NCBI RefSeq assembly: GCF_963921235.1
Contig: NC_086106.1
Span: 34,844,001 to 34,908,000, forward strand
Length of the DNA: 64,000 bases
Source of the DNA: Mobula hypostoma
Taxonomy: Eukaryota
Direction of reading: 5' to 3'
Shown: in pieces, positions 49,950 through 63,962 of the stretch
How the letters are laid out: every line of letters starts with the position of its first letter
Numbering within the stretch: the stretch's first letter is position 1
Translations under genes and position numbers: made by a program
Notes under the pieces: generated by a model
Database searches by the model: none
Told to the model about the DNA's origin: nothing
The model's input: only the letters and a program-made list of their open reading frames with translations

Positions 49950-52600
49950 TAAGTGAATGGGTTGTTGTCCAAACTCACCTCGAACTAGGCACCATACATA
50001 TAGTCACTTAGCTTATCCTCCACAGCTCATTTCAATGCCAGGAACTCCAACTTGTGTGGGGGGTGATTTCGCTCAGAGGGTGACTGACTGCAGCTGACGA
50101 AAGCGACAGGTGTTAACCCTGTGCCCTGATCCCGATACAGAACTCCCCTGAGCCCTGTCTCTTGGCATCCTTATGCAGTACCTACGGCAATCGGGGGTCT
50201 GCGAAAACCAGCACAGGCTTTTACGTCAGCAGCTCCTTTAGCAACTGATAGGCCTCTTCACATTTTGGATCCCATCTCACTCCAAAAATCTCGGAAGGGC
50301 TGAAATAATCTTTACTAGCTTTTCTTTCCATCCTCCTCCCTTTCTTCCCAAAGTGAGCATAACAGAACAGAAGCTGATTTAAGTGGTAACTCACTTTAGA
50401 ATTGTCCTTCACGAACCTCCGATAGTTCTCACAGAATCCAAGGAACGAGGGCAGGCTGCTCACAGACTGGGGCCTTGGCCATGTGATTACCGCCTCTATC
50501 TTAGACGGATCAGTACCTACTTCATCCATGAGACTATGTGCCCTACACAGTTGACAGACGTCCTGGTACTTGTCCAGGGAAAATTTTACCCTGCAGCTTT
50601 CAGGCAGCCCAGCTTCTTTCAGTAGCCTAGCCTCATATTTCTTCAAGGTGTACGGGAATACTGTGAGATCATCCAGGTTCAGCAACACCTTAAGCACGTT
50701 CATATTCCCCACAGCTTTCTCCATGACACGCTGGAAAGTTGCCGGGGGCTCCTGATATGCCATGGGCTATCCTTTCAAACTGGAAGAATCTCAGTAGCCG
50801 TCTTCTCTTTCTCTGCCTCACTCATGGGTGTCTGGCAATATCCACTGCTGACGTCCAGCCCACTGAACCACTTCGCACCACTCAGGCAGGCCAACGCATC
50901 CACCATTCTCGGAACAGTATACTGGTCGGCGACTGTACGCCTGTTCAGAGCCCCATAGTACACAAACATCTGTACCTTCCCATTCTTCTTCCTGCCCACC
51001 ATTTTTACAGACGGGTAAGAGCTACTCGACCCAGTGATGATCCCAGCTTCCTTCGGCTTCCACAAATACTGCAGAACGTCCATACCTCTACAAGCGCTAG
51101 TCACCGCGACCTGTCTCTGAACGGGGTGTTCTCTGTCTCCTGAATGGTGTGGCGAGTGCTCTTGGAGCAACCCACATCAAACTCGTCAGTGGGAAAGACA
51201 TCTTCCAGCTTCAACATCTTCTCTATCAGCCTTCCCTTACAACTTCCATGTACCGGGGAGTCCCCAAAGTTGAATGAATCGGCAGTCAAATTTCCCTTTT
51301 TTGTAGAGAGTTTCTTGCCGACTTGTTTCTCAGGGACACTAGATTTTACCGTCACCGGAAAGAGATGTGCCATTGGCATATGCCGGCTAAGGGTGCCCTC
51401 CCTCCCCGAAGTGTTCCTGACAATCACTGTCATCCTGTTCACTTGTGCAACCGAGGGCTTCTGCAGCTCGAGTCTCACCAATACCCCAGCAGGTCAGGAT
51501 GACTTTTCTTCGTGGTCTTCCGGAGCATCCACCAAGAGGTCCTTGACATCAGGCATTCCTGGAAATTCGGGGTTTCCCGTCACTTTAGCTACTTCCTCAG
51601 GCCGTAACACGACTGGTTTGGAGTGGGTTTACCACACAGTCCCTCGTTTATGCTCATCATCCAGCCCGGTGTGGCTACACACTTCCTCAGAAGCAGCTCG
51701 GAGACAATCTTCTCTGAAAGCTCGCTCCAACTTTTTCCTTGCAGGGTCCCATTAGCCTACTCATAATAGGGGTATTCGTCCCCACAAGAGCTGAAGTTTC
51801 ACCCTTTTCGACCGGGTCCGGGCGAACTAACACAAATGTATCAAGCACCTCGGCTACTCCCACATCTTCCTCCGAAAAGTCCAGATTCAAGGACAAGTGA
51901 CCATCATACGAGTAGTCATCCGTACTAAGACTCCAGACCTCTAGCGCATTGAACTGCGTCAATGGTAAATGCGTCAAATGCTGGTTGTAAAACAAACGGT
52001 ACAGCAGAGTAACCTGAGAGCCTGTGTCAAGCATGGCTCCAGCATAAATACCCTCGATCCGTAGCGAAACACTGGAGCTTGGCCCCACTAAGCCTTCAGG
52101 AATCGATTTTTTTTTGCTTCAGGGTGTTCGTTGATACATTGATTGGAACGTATTCCCCCCGAAAAGCCAGGCCGTTCCCTCACTGGGTTCTAAGTTTCCG
52201 ACGTCTTTCTCCGCTTAGGTAGCTGGGGCTCACTCTCCGAAGATTTCCCGGCCTTGACGAACCCGCCTGAAGTGATTCTGTTCCCCACAGTTATCGCAGA
52301 GAATACCGGAGGCCCCCCTTCTCGCTGGACCCCGTTCATTAGCACCCCTCTGATTAGTCCGTCCCGTCAGGGGGTTCGACTCCTAGTCGGCTTTGTCACG
52401 CGGGATGGTCGCACCCGCAGATAACAACGTGGATATCTCATTTCTAAACTCTGCCACGAGTTCCCTTATCACCCCCGAGGGAGGGCTATCAGGGATCACC
52501 AGCAACGGAGGCTACTACCGAGGACTGTACCCTCCTGACGGAGGTGTGACGCGCCTCTGTCGCATTCTCCTCCTCGCTTAATTCTCTGATCAGCTCGACA
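49950..52600 (-). mobile_element. Second decayed Gypsy element: gag zinc knuckle, protease, RT, RNase H; no LTR or integrase found
   Basis: CDNCGEQNHFRR (degenerate CCHC); AMLDTGSQVTL; KWFSGLDVSSGYCQ; PATFQRVME..LNLDDL; SFLGFCENYRRFV; HKLEFLALK. Frameshifts present. Confidence 0.85.
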
Positions 52601-54417
52601 AACGAGGGAGTGGGGCACATCTTCAGAGACGTTTGGAGACCCCAAGCGATCATGTCATGTGTCTGTGCGTCTTTCAGGTAGAGAGCGATCTTGGGGGTCC
52701 ATGTCCACAGCTCATTCAGAGTGGCAGCACAATTTGATACTGTGGTAAATAAAGCGAATCGCGTGTTTGTCTTTATTAGTCAGAGATACGTGTTCAAGCC
52801 TCAGGAAGTAAAGTTGCAATTTGATACGTGCAGAAGAGGTTTATAAGGATTCTGTCCGGATTAGTGGTTATGTCTGTATAAGGAGAGCTTGGGGAAACTA
52901 GCGTTGTTTGTACTTGAGTGGCCTATGAAGTGGAGACCTGAGAGCATTTTAGAAAATTACGGGAAGCATATAAAGTGACGGAAGCCGAAATATTTTCAAG
53001 AGGATTGAAATGTGTAAGACTAGAGAGCATGCATTGATGGTGAGAGGGAAATTTGAAAAGAGAGGAGCGGGCCATGCATTTTACATAGAGACTGATGTGG
53101 GTTTGGACTCGTCACTCGCATCCTTAGTCTTTACTTCATTATGAAATGGTATTTCCTGTTAATGGCAATCGAATGAATAAATTGGATAGGCAAGGGAACC
53201 AAGATCAGAGACCATGTTTCTCAGATAGAGCCATTCCTGTTCAGTGACACCATTGGACGTGGCCGAGTATTCCAACAAAATACTTCATTATCTCTTGAAA
53301 TTAATGTGCTATCCATGTCAGAGCAATAACCAAGGCGCAGAAAAAAATTTGAAAGCAAATTGAAATCAATATTCAAAATTCCGTCAGTCTAACAAGAGAA
53401 CATATGATGGCATTGCCGTGACTTTATGCATGTGCATTCATACTGAGAGCTTAGGGTGATTCTTGATTCCTGGTACCAGGTCTAGATGTAAGGAGGTTGG
53501 TACTTAAAATCAGCTGATGGAGTTTTGAGAAACAATTCCTCTCTTCGTTGCTCCATTCTGTTGTGAAAGAATAGCCCAACGAAAGAATGTAACGTACTGA
53601 ACGACCAGTAAGTGACCGTTGCGCCCTTATCTTAAGTCGCCATCCGTTATTGTCCATCTGTTGTTCATTGAAAACCGCAATATCTGGGGTCGGGTTTGCC
53701 CCGTGCTGCTTTTAGAAGGAGGCGTTCGCTTAATTTCAAGAAGTAAAACTATGAGATGAGACACTGAAAACAATTATTGACAGATAGAATAGGTGGGTGG
53801 AGGCGGCAGTAGTTTTGTACAGCTGTTTCAGTGAGCGGAGCTGCCACCTGCCCTGCGTTGAAAAATCAAAGCCACAAGCATATTCATTGGTGATGTTGGA
53901 CGAAAGTGAACATCTGATTCAATTAAGTCTTTAACCTGCGACTTTCCAATGCACATGTTTTGTACAGTGGCCTCAGAAACTCGCTAGCCTCAGAAACTCT
54001 TCAGATATGATTTTATAACCGATCACCAGTACAATTAATATATACAGATGCCCAATATTGCGTGTGCGCTTCAAGCACACGCTGATCAAAACATTAAAAC
54101 TCTGTTTCTCTAAACGATTTTGGAATCAATAACGGGAAACAGCAAGACAGCAGATGATATTTTAAAAGATATTTTTTGCCATATTCCGTCAGAAGTTACA
54201 TTCCAGAATGAGTCAGAAGTCAAAAATTGCAAAGAAGGAGGGAATTCAATTCTATTACAATCGGCAGGTTAGTAGTGCAGCTGCAATTGATGGAGCACGG
54301 GATGGCAAGTCTCCGTGTTTGATAGATTCATCTAAGAGTCTGAAAAGTAGTGGCTGCTAAGATGGTTTTTGACTTTTCAAATAACATTGGATTGTCGCTG
54401 TGATTTTCATGGATGGA

Positions 54418-55525
54418 CCTGAAGTTAGACGGCATGGGATCCAGGGAAGTTTGGCCAGGTGGATTCAGAATTGGCTTGCCTGCAGAAGGCAGAGGGTGCT
54501 GGTGGAGGGAGTACATTCAGATTGGAGGATTGTGACTAGTGGTGTCCCACAAGGATCTGTTCTGAGACCTCTACTTTTCGTGATTTTTATTAACGACCTG
54601 GAGGTGGTGGTAGAAGGGTGGGTTGGCAAGTCTGCAGACGACACAAAGGTTGGTGGTGTTGTAGATAGTGTAGAGGATTGTCAAAGATTGAAGAGAGACA
54701 TTGATAGGATGCAGAAGTGGGCTGAGAAGTGGCAGATAGAGTTCAACCCGGAGAAGTGTGAGGTGGTATACTTTGGAAGGACAAACTCCAAGGCAGACTA
54801 CAAAGTAAATGGCAGGATACTTGGTAGTGTGGAGGAGCAGAGGGATCTCGGGGTACATGTCCACAGATCCCTGAAAGTTGACTCACAGGTGGATAGGTTA
54901 GTTAAGAAAGCTTATGGGGTGTTAGCTTTCATAAGTCGAGGGATAGAGTTTAAGAGTCGCGATGTAATGATGCAGCTCTATAAAACTCTGGTTAGGCCAC
55001 ACTTGGAGTACTGTGTCCAGATCCGGTCACCTCAGTATAAGAAGGTTGTGGAAGCATTGGGAAGGGTACAGAGGAGATTTAATAGGATGCTGCCTGGTTT
55101 AGAAAGTATGCATTATGATCAGAGATTAAGGGAGCTAGGGCTTTACTCTTTGGAGAGAAGGAGGATGAGAGGAGACATGATAGAGGTGTACAAGATAATA
55201 AGAGGAATAGATAGAGTGGATAGCCAGCGCCTCTTCCCCAGGGCAACACTGCTCAATACAAGAGGACATGGCTTTAAGGTAAGGGGTGGGAAGTTCAAGG
55301 GGGATATTAGAGGAAGGTTTTTTACTCAGAGAGTGGTTGGTGCGTGGAATGCACTGCCTGAGTCAGTGGTGGAGGCAGATACACTAGTGAAGTTTAAGAG
55401 ACTACTAGACAGGTATATGGAGGAAGCTAAGGTGGGGGCTTATATGGGAGACAGGGTTTAAGGGTCGGCACAACATTGCGGGCCGAAGGGCCTGTACTGT
55501 GCTGTACTATTCTATGTTCTATGTT
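54418..55525 (+). mobile_element. Young 5'-truncated CR1 LINE with an uninterrupted RT C-terminal ORF
   Basis: ORF 54400-55461 (353 aa) with GVPQGSVLRP, KSADDT and QRRFNRMLPG; 3' UTR ending in (TATGTTC)n. Confidence 0.93.
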
Positions 55526-55805
55526 AAGTTCAATAATGGATTGCAATTCAATGTATCACATATGTGGAAGGAGGTCTTCGCATTTGTTTAGCCTTTCTGA
55601 ATTCTATATGGCAAAACTACTATAAATGTCGTCCTAAGCCAATCAACATTGCTGCTGTATCTTCAAGTCTTTGAAATTAGTCCCTGGTCCTACGGTAACT
55701 GATGGGTCAGTGGTGTAACAGATAAGCAGCTTCAAGTTCCTGGGTGTCGTCATCTCCGAGGAAATATCTTGGGCCGAATACCAATATTTCATCTCATTTA
55801 TAATG

Positions 55806-56102
55806 ACCACTATTCTCAAAAATCTAGTGCTGTGCAATCGTTTGCCCAGTGACCACATGTGCACACTGAATTACTTTCTTTAGGAAAAACAGTATAAATA
55901 ACCCAGTCCTAAAATCTGTAGACAAAGCATCACGTATCGACACCATTGATTCAGAAACCGGAAAAGGAAACGTTCGTGAAATATACTTAAAATGCCATCG
56001 AGATAAAGGGTAACAACCTTTTGTGCGCAGTTTAAATTCCTTTGTGCACTCATAGCAAAAGATGCATGTGCGCGCGCACACGCATACCTGACGGGAAAAA
56101 TT
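55806..56102. mobile_element. Possible hAT-like MITE inserted in a Rex1/L2 fragment
   Basis: Ends resemble a recalled CAATGTTCCCTC...GAGGGAACATTG MITE, with a gtgcgcgcgcacac subterminal motif; LINE remnants on both sides. Confidence 0.35.
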
Positions 56103-57614
56103 GGGCAACACATTGAGGGAATCACGAATTAGGAATTTGATAAGATTTGCGATATCACCAAATGCACTCGCAAAATTCTTCAGATGTACGGTGGAGAGTA
56201 TTCAGAATAGTTATTTCACCGCCTTGTGCAGAGGTTCCAAAGTGTAGTATCAAAAGAGTTTTCAAAGGGTTGAAGGAAGACTTAGTCATCTGCTTCACAG
56301 ACGTAACCATACCACCATCATGAACATTGCAAAAGACAGTGTCCCAAGAAGGAGGCAGCCATTATTAAGCACTCTCACCAGGCGAGATGTACCCTCTTAT
56401 TATTGCCACCGAGAAGAAAGTATAAGAGCCTGAACACCCACCCTCAGCTATCATATTTCTGGGAACGGTCTTTGAACCTATAAATACCTTGCGATTCCAA
56501 TTCTAAGTGCTTATTTATTGCAACTTATGTTAATGCTATATCTTGCACTGTACCTGTGTTGTGAAGAAACACATTCAACGACATACTATATGTCAGTGAT
56601 AATAAAACTGATTTACATTCTGATTCCAATTTCAAACAGAGTGGAATTGAAACCCATCGAATGCAGCCTAAGTTACATGCTGCTGTGCATTAAATATGTT
56701 GTCTGTTGTTGTCTTAGACAGACATGATAGTTTTACAGGGTACAGTTGTAATTTATCGGAGTGATCTGAAGATGTGGTCCTGATGTTTGGAAGAATTCAA
56801 CGAAGGAGTAGTGAGAAGTCAGGGCATATATGTACTAAGTAAGATAAAATGAAGAGCTCCGATTTATAGATCAAACGTTGTGGGAAGTTCTGAACATGAT
56901 GAACAGATTCTGGTTTTGCCAAATGCTGAATCTTGCATAAATTGTTAAGTAAAACATTTAAAGGAGGTATAAAGGATACAATTGGATAACACAAAAATGA
57001 CAAAATTTAATGAAACCTTTTGTGCAGTTGTGACATGACACCCAGCACCCGTGTTTAGTCTTCGGACCGAGAAAAGCTTTCATGTCCTACACTTTCTTCC
57101 ACAATCTGGCTACCTGCCATAACCTTCAGGCAACTATGCACTCAAAATGCATTACTTCGCCCGTGTCTCAGATATATTCGACCTATTCAATTTTGAGATA
57201 TGTTCAGTTTCCCAGGAAATCTGGAGAACGAACTTGGGGAAATGTCTTCATTTTCCATTATATGCTAATTTTCCTGTTAACCACAAGTTTACAAATCATG
57301 ACACCGATATTCTCATCCAAATTACATTGAACAACCAAGATATTGCTTCTTGAATACCTTTAAGCGTATCTCATGGATGTTGCGCTGCTGATGCTGCAAA
57401 CCACCAGGAAATATCCCCATCGCGCACCACAAGCTCGGCAGGACTTGTTTTTGGAAAACCGATAAAAGCATCACGCACACACTATTCTATGCATTGCATT
57501 TACTTGTATATCGGTTTGCGGTCACGTTGACATGCATGCTCTATGCGCGTAGCATATTGTATGTACTCATTATGATAAAGTAAATGTACTTTCAGGAGTA
57601 TTTGTGATAGCAAA

Positions 57615-58105
57615 ATGTCTCGCCAATGTTGCAACAGCCGTGATATTTTCTGTTGTATTTGTGGCAAGTATACGCTTAAATGTCCAAGACGGAACAGGAC
57701 TCCGCTTGTTACTAAGACATATAAGCTATACTTTGGGTGCAAAGTTCGTGATCAAGACAGAGCCTTGGCTCCTCACATTTGTTGCGCAACACGCGCTGTA
57801 CTTTTAGAGCTTGGCTCAGAGGCGCTCGAAAGTCAATGACGTTCGTTGTCTCGATGATATGGCGAGAGCAGAACGATCATGTGACAGACTACTACTTCTG
57901 TCTGACCAGTGTGTCTCTGCTAAAAATAAGTAATCCATTGAATACCTCAATCTCCCTTCAGCCATGTGCCGCATGACAAATGTCTTCCAGTACAGAAGCC
58001 ACCAGAGATATGGAGTCTAGAGAAAGCAAATGAAGCTGCCACGATGTACGCACCAGGTATGGAAAAAAGACAAAGATATTGACACAGATTTTGAACCTTT
58101 TAGAA
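57615..58105 (+). pseudogene. Decayed Chapaev3-like (CMC superfamily) DNA transposase, N-terminal zinc-binding domain
   Basis: Joined across frameshifts: MSRQCCNSRDIFCCICGKYT...LYFGCKVRDQDRALAPHICCAT(R)AV/RAWLRGARKSMTFVVSMIWREQNDHVTDYYFCLTSVS/SAKNK*SIEYLNLPSAM/VPHDKCLPVQKPPEIW...DTDFEP. Acceptor tttcag lies just upstream of the ATG. Family assignment is from recalled motifs. Confidence 0.7.
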
Positions 58106-58109
58106 GCTG

Positions 58110-59520
58110 TCTCGATAGCCAAAAGGTATGTGTAACAGTGGAGAGAAATTGCTCTTTTCTACCATATACTTTCCCCTTCAGTCCTGTGGCTCTTCCACCT
58201 ATCGTGTCTCATCTTAACACATCATTGTCACTCGCCCATCCTCCCCACTGTTGCTTTCCTTCCGTCTCCCACGTGGGTTCACCTGTTTGTGTTTCCACCC
58301 TCTCCACGCTGTTCCATGCGGCTTCTGCCCTCCTCCTTTTCAGTCTTCATAAAGGGCCTCGGCCTGAAATTTTGACTGCAACACACAAAAAATACTGGAG
58401 GAATTCAGCAAGTCAGGCAGCATCTAGGGAAATGAATAAACAGTTGACATCTCAGGCTGAGATCATTCACCAAGACTGGAAAGGAAGAGGGAAGATACTG
58501 AATATGAAGATGGAGGGGGAGGAGGAGGACAATAAAAGGTGAAGGCAGCTGGGTGGGGATGACTGAGAAGATGGGAAGTGATACGTGCAAAAGGAGAAGA
58601 GCTGGAGAAGAAGAATTTTGATGGGAGAGAAGAGTGGATGACGGGAGAAATGGAAGGAGGATGGTCACCATGGAGGTAATAGGTTGCTGAAGAAAAGAGG
58701 GAGCAGGCCAGAGTGTGGAAATGAAGAAGAAGGAAGAGGAAAGGAAAGAATTAAAGTACCGGAAATTCCAAACATCAAAGTTCATGCCATTAGGTTAGAG
58801 GCTACCTAGAAGGAGTACGTGTTGCTCTTACAGCATGAGAATGGCCTCATCATGGTAGAAAAGCAGGCTCTGGACCAACATGTTGGAACAGAAATGGGGA
58901 TCAGAATTGAAATGATTGGCCACCCAGAAATTCCTCTTTTAGCGATGCAGCTGAAGGGCTCACAAAGCGGTCCCTCAATATATTGTACATCAGATCTCAG
59001 CAATGTAGAAGAGACCACGCCCGGAGTATCGGACACATTCAACACCGATTTGCAGCTGAGATGTTGCCTCAACTGGAAGGGCTGTTTATGGCCCTCAATG
59101 GAGGTGATGGAGGAGGTCAATGGGCAGGTGTTTCACTTCTGCCGTTTGCAGTGTAAGTGCCAGGACGGAGATTAGGGGGGAGGACTTAATGCAAAAAGGA
59201 ATCACGCAGGGAGTGATCCCTATGGAAAGTGAGAGTAGGGCCGGGGTAAGTCCACTTGAGTTTAGTGGTAGAGTCCCGGTGAAGATGGCTGAAGTTGTGG
59301 AGAATGCTGTGCTGAATACGGAGACTCGGGGGTGGCAGATAGGAAAAGAGGCATTATTACCCTGTCAAGGTGGCGGGAAGATAGGGTGAGAGCGTATGTC
59401 CAGGAAATGGAGTGCATGTGGGTCAGAGCAGCATCAATGGTGGAGGAAATGTCTACTGTTCACTTCCCGCCATAGATGCCACCTGAACTGCTGAGTTCCT
59501 TCAGTAACTTGTGTTGCATT
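58110..59520. mobile_element. Penelope-like element with head-to-head terminal repeats and a minus-strand GIY-YIG remnant
   Basis: Orientation switch at about 58380; minus-strand 'gtagtctc...tacattg..gaccgctttgtgagc' GIY-YIG remnant. Confidence 0.6.
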
Positions 59521-61582
59521 TTATTCTTAAATGCCCTCTTCACCTTGCCTGAAAGCTCCGTAAGCAGGAACGCAAAGCTTCCAGAGGTGTCTTTTTTTTT
59601 ACTTATAAGTATTATCTAAGATATTATAGTTCGTGTCTCCAATGTCCCCATTCATCTGCGTTTTTCACTACTTTCTGTAAAGGAACATATCCCATTTTAT
59701 AGAACAAATCGTGGTTTAATTCTGAAAAGCAAAACGTGCAAAACAAATCATCAGAATTTACATCAAATTACAAAATAAATAAATATTTTCAGAACCTCAA
59801 TTTCGATCCCCTCCGTATAATTTCAAGCAGCTAAATATTGACAGGTATGCAGTCATTTTGATTCTGATTACTTTCGTAGCAAAATTAAATCCTAGCGTCT
59901 GCCCCGAGGCTATATAGCTTAAAAGCTTCCAAATTGTAAAGGAACTAAAACAAGGAACTGGTATTTTCGCAGAAAGTTATTATGGCAGCCATTTCAGAAA
60001 ACCTCAACATATGTTCCAGAACAAGGTGTTTTATCTTGCCATTGACAGAGAATGATATGATTCTCACAGTTATTCTATATTCCAATATGTGTTTGTTTAA
60101 AGTTAGTGAACTTGTTCGTACAATTGAGAGTGAAGGAACACAGCCTAAATTTTGGGTGTTCTAACCCTTCCGAAAGCCCTTCAGTCAGAAACGTTTCTCG
60201 TAATAATTTATCTGACTTTGATGTTAGGTACACTTGGAGAGAAGTTAGTATATACCTTTACCAAACAAACCAGATCTGAATTTCTTCCTGGCAAAGGGGT
60301 ACAATAGGCTTTGATGATAAATTGACTAATGTTTTAAGTGTGGATGAATCCTTTTTATGGATAAGACTCATCAATCACAGTCACAGATGATTTAACAAAC
60401 GACTTTGAAATAAGGCATCATCATAACGTCCAGAGAGCAAGTATGCTTTTAGTATTAGGCCCTAGGTATTAATGTGCAAGGACAGGTGGCTTCATGGCTC
60501 CAATGCTCAGTTACGGGCAGCCAGCTACCATTCAGCAAGCTGGGCACTATTTTCCTGCAATATATCAGCATATTATCTAAGATAAACATTTTTGCAAACT
60601 TTATTTCAAATCATAGGGACCTACGTGCATTACATACCGACAATGCTTGCTTTCTATTTACAGACCGAGCACAGTTTAAGTAAATTAATTATTGTACTAA
60701 ATCTCTTCAGCATTTTTACTATCTGGGGAACTATGTATGACTAAATTCTAGATTCTAAGATTCTGCAGGTGCAAAAACATTATTATGTAAATCAGGGGCG
60801 AACCCACGCCATGCACTCATTTCCATAACCGCAATGAAACTAAAATAGCTATTCGGAATATGACTGAGCTATGCAAACTGGAATAGGAGCAGGAAACACC
60901 AAGGGGTGTAAGGCAGTGATAACAAGGGTAAAATCACCATTAACTTCCTTGTGAGTAAGAATGGCAAAATAAACAAATAATTTCAACACCATTTTGTGAG
61001 ATTAGGCTGTAGTTCTGCAGATGTAATGACACAAGTCAGTAACCTAGTGGACAGATTTTAGAGGTGCGGAACAGCAAGAATGCATTAATCTGTCAGGATT
61101 TGTTCCTGTGATGTAGAGATAAATAGACTTTCTCAATTTATGCATCGAATTTAAATTATGCAGTTTTGCCCGTAATGCGTTGGGCAGTTTTGAATACTCA
61201 TTATCTGGCCGTCCTCTTCGTCAGAGTGCAGTTTCCACCCTACCCGCCATCAAAGAGGTATATACAGGGAGGTGTCGTAAAAGGGCCAGTAAAATCATGA
61301 AAGATCTTCCCACCCTGTTCAGGGAGTGTCTGCCGCTCTCCCATTAGGGAGGACGATATGTAGCATTTACACGAGGACCACCAGACTCAAAAACAGTTAG
61401 TTCGCAGAAGTAGTAGGGTCGATCAACACATGCACCCACAAGCCACCCCTCCACACCCCCAACAACAACTACTTTAAAATTTCCTGTCAGTCATCTTACA
61501 CTCAGACAATCCTGTGCTTGGCGTCACTTCATGTATACAAGCTATCTTCTATAGTGACATTTAATATGTTGTCACTATTTAT

Positions 61583-61716
61583 AAGAGACTACTAGACAGG
61601 CATATGGAGAAATTTAAGGTGGGGGCTTATATGGGAGGCAGGGTTTGAGGGTCGGCACAACATTGTGGGCCGAAGGGCCTATACTGTGCTGTACTATTCT
61701 ATGTTCTATGTTCTAT
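61583..61716 (+). mobile_element. Very short CR1 3' tail (same young family)
   Basis: Near-identical to 55394-55525; ends in (TATGTTC)n. Confidence 0.88.
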
Positions 61717-63126
61717 ATTTTCTCAGCTCAAGTCGGTAAAACCTGAGGTACGGGCATAACCAAGCACGCTCTTTATTATTATTACAGTATTACGATTTCA
61801 CCTTGTTGTGGTTTTTTTACTGCATTGGATTCCGAATAACAATTATTTCGTTCTCCTATACATTGTATACAGGGGATTACATGAAGCAATCTTGAATCTT
61901 GAATCCTGAATTTTGATCAAAGTTTCAATGTATAGTCATTAGGCCTCAGTTTAGAAATCAAACTAGAACAGATTTGAAAGGATATTAATTCCTTCGGTGA
62001 TTCAGAGTGCTAAATGAGAACATACGCGTATGTCGTGGAAATGCAATTCTCTTCAAGACTGCTCAGTCATTCCTCAGATTCTGGGTGATCTGCACTTTAC
62101 TTTGCATTTTGTTGCTTGATCACCAGAATCTTTCATAGTCAGGGGTGGAACCAAGAGATGCCTGAACTTTTCCTCCAAGGATAATGGAGATTAACGAGAT
62201 ATTTCATGGACGTATTCGATGTTATTTGGTTATTTGATAGAAAAAAACTGAAGAATCATATTTGAAATTTTGAAGAGCTGAAGACCAGCGGGCAATAATG
62301 TTAAATATATGACAATAAACCAATGGGAGTATTGTATTTACTCCACGAGTTCTTATATTCTGGCAATTGACAAGATATTCAGCAACTATTTTCAATTAAT
62401 ATACAGTTTGAAATTAAATGTTCGCCAGTACAGACGAGGGGAGAGGGTGCTGGTTGAAACGGCACTATAGATTTCTAATAAGGCAGATTGGCCATACAGT
62501 ATGTTGACTCATTCCAGATTTCTATGAATGCAATAAATCGCAACATGTAAAAATAGAGCCCATAGTGATGTGCATGAACGATATCTGTGCTTTGCTTGCA
62601 CTTGGTTCAAGAGTTATTAATTTTTATTCGAAAGGAAAACAGCACCCACAAATATGTGGACGCTGAACAATCTGGTACTTATAACCACCCCGCCACAAAA
62701 TTCATCCAGAGAAATTATGATTTTTATTTATAAATCATTTGGCTAAGGTTTAGACACAGTTTTGATGATGTCTGGAAACCATAAAACCTGGCAACTCTCA
62801 AACTGGACGCTGATAATCAGGTGTCATTTCACAACTCTTATTGATTGCACTGTTATTTTAATAATGATTAAGAGTGAGTTGTGCGGTTTATAATTTGTTG
62901 AATTGCAGTTGTTCTGCTTTTCAGACACGGGACTTTCTTTAGGCATTTGTTTCAAATTGCCATTAAGATGCGCGTGTACCAGACGAGCCTGGCTGGAGGC
63001 GAAGCTTCTTCAGGTCAGACAGTCATAGAATCATACAACATAGATGACGCCCTTTTGTCTACCACATCCAATCTGACTCTTTGTCCATACAAATTAATCC
63101 AATTATCCCACGTTAGGTCTGTGTGC

Positions 63127-63962
63127 TGTTGCGTACCCCGTAACTGGGTTGCCAAACCAGCAGAAATGGACCACTTAGTTAGAGTCTGGATTACTGGAAC
63201 TAAGAAGGTTTTATTAAAGAAATAAGCAACACAGTACTCTAATCATAAGGATATAAATGCAGCAAGTTAGCGATGATAAAACACACATGTACACAGAACT
63301 AGGATAATAGGATCAATCAAGCTCTATCGCAGTCTAGGGGTAAAATGATCAGTCTCAAGTGACACAGAGGTCAGTTCAATTTAGTTCAGTTCTCAGTAAT
63401 CGCTGTTGTGCCGTTGGGGGAAGAGAGAGATGCAAATCGGATTCCAAATAGACCTTCGATATTCCTCGCAATTAGCTTTCGGGCGAGCCCTTTGTAATGC
63501 CTTCTGAGGTCACCGACTGTGACCCCTCCGTTCCAGATACGATCGTTCTTCTGCGGTGACCCCGGTACCCAGGCAAGGGCAGACACACACACCAGGTACC
63601 CGCCGACCGTATCTTTCCACCCTGTGCGTCTATGGCTGGTCCCGCGACCAGACCCAAAAACTCTCACCAATTAATGGGGGGGGGGGGGACACCGCTTTCA
63701 GGGTCTCGTTACCTCGTGGTGTCGTGGTGTGTCTCCTGCCTTAGCGAACCTGTTCCTTTTATCCCTCTGCTGGGGTATCGCCTGTCCATCAAACTTCAAA
63801 CAGTTCAGGTTCAAAGCAACCGGTCTTGACAATACTCGGAACTGTGTCTCCTTTTCGTTATCTCTCTCGTCCTCCTTTAACATTTCTGAATGTTCCCCCA
63901 TTGTCCTTCTTATCAGCATCAATCTTCTGATAATTTGGTCTGTTGTCACATCCCTGTCCTTC
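63127..63962 (-). mobile_element. 3' LTR (family B) with polypurine tract; internal region runs off the window end
   Basis: Homologous to 23271-24148; minus-strand GAAGGACAGGGA|TGTGACA (PPT 63962-63951); no matching TSD within the window. Confidence 0.8.

Noticed and set aside
53451-53657. ORF containing GYSFTT, an actin-like motif
   Set aside because: Alignment to actin needs several gaps and nothing else matches; likely chance.
59900-60400. Minus-strand LRR-like words (EGLEHPKFRL, KIKHLVLE) suggesting an NLR pseudo-exon
   Set aside because: Spacing does not fit the 28/29-residue repeat, stops are present, and no NACHT sequence was found.
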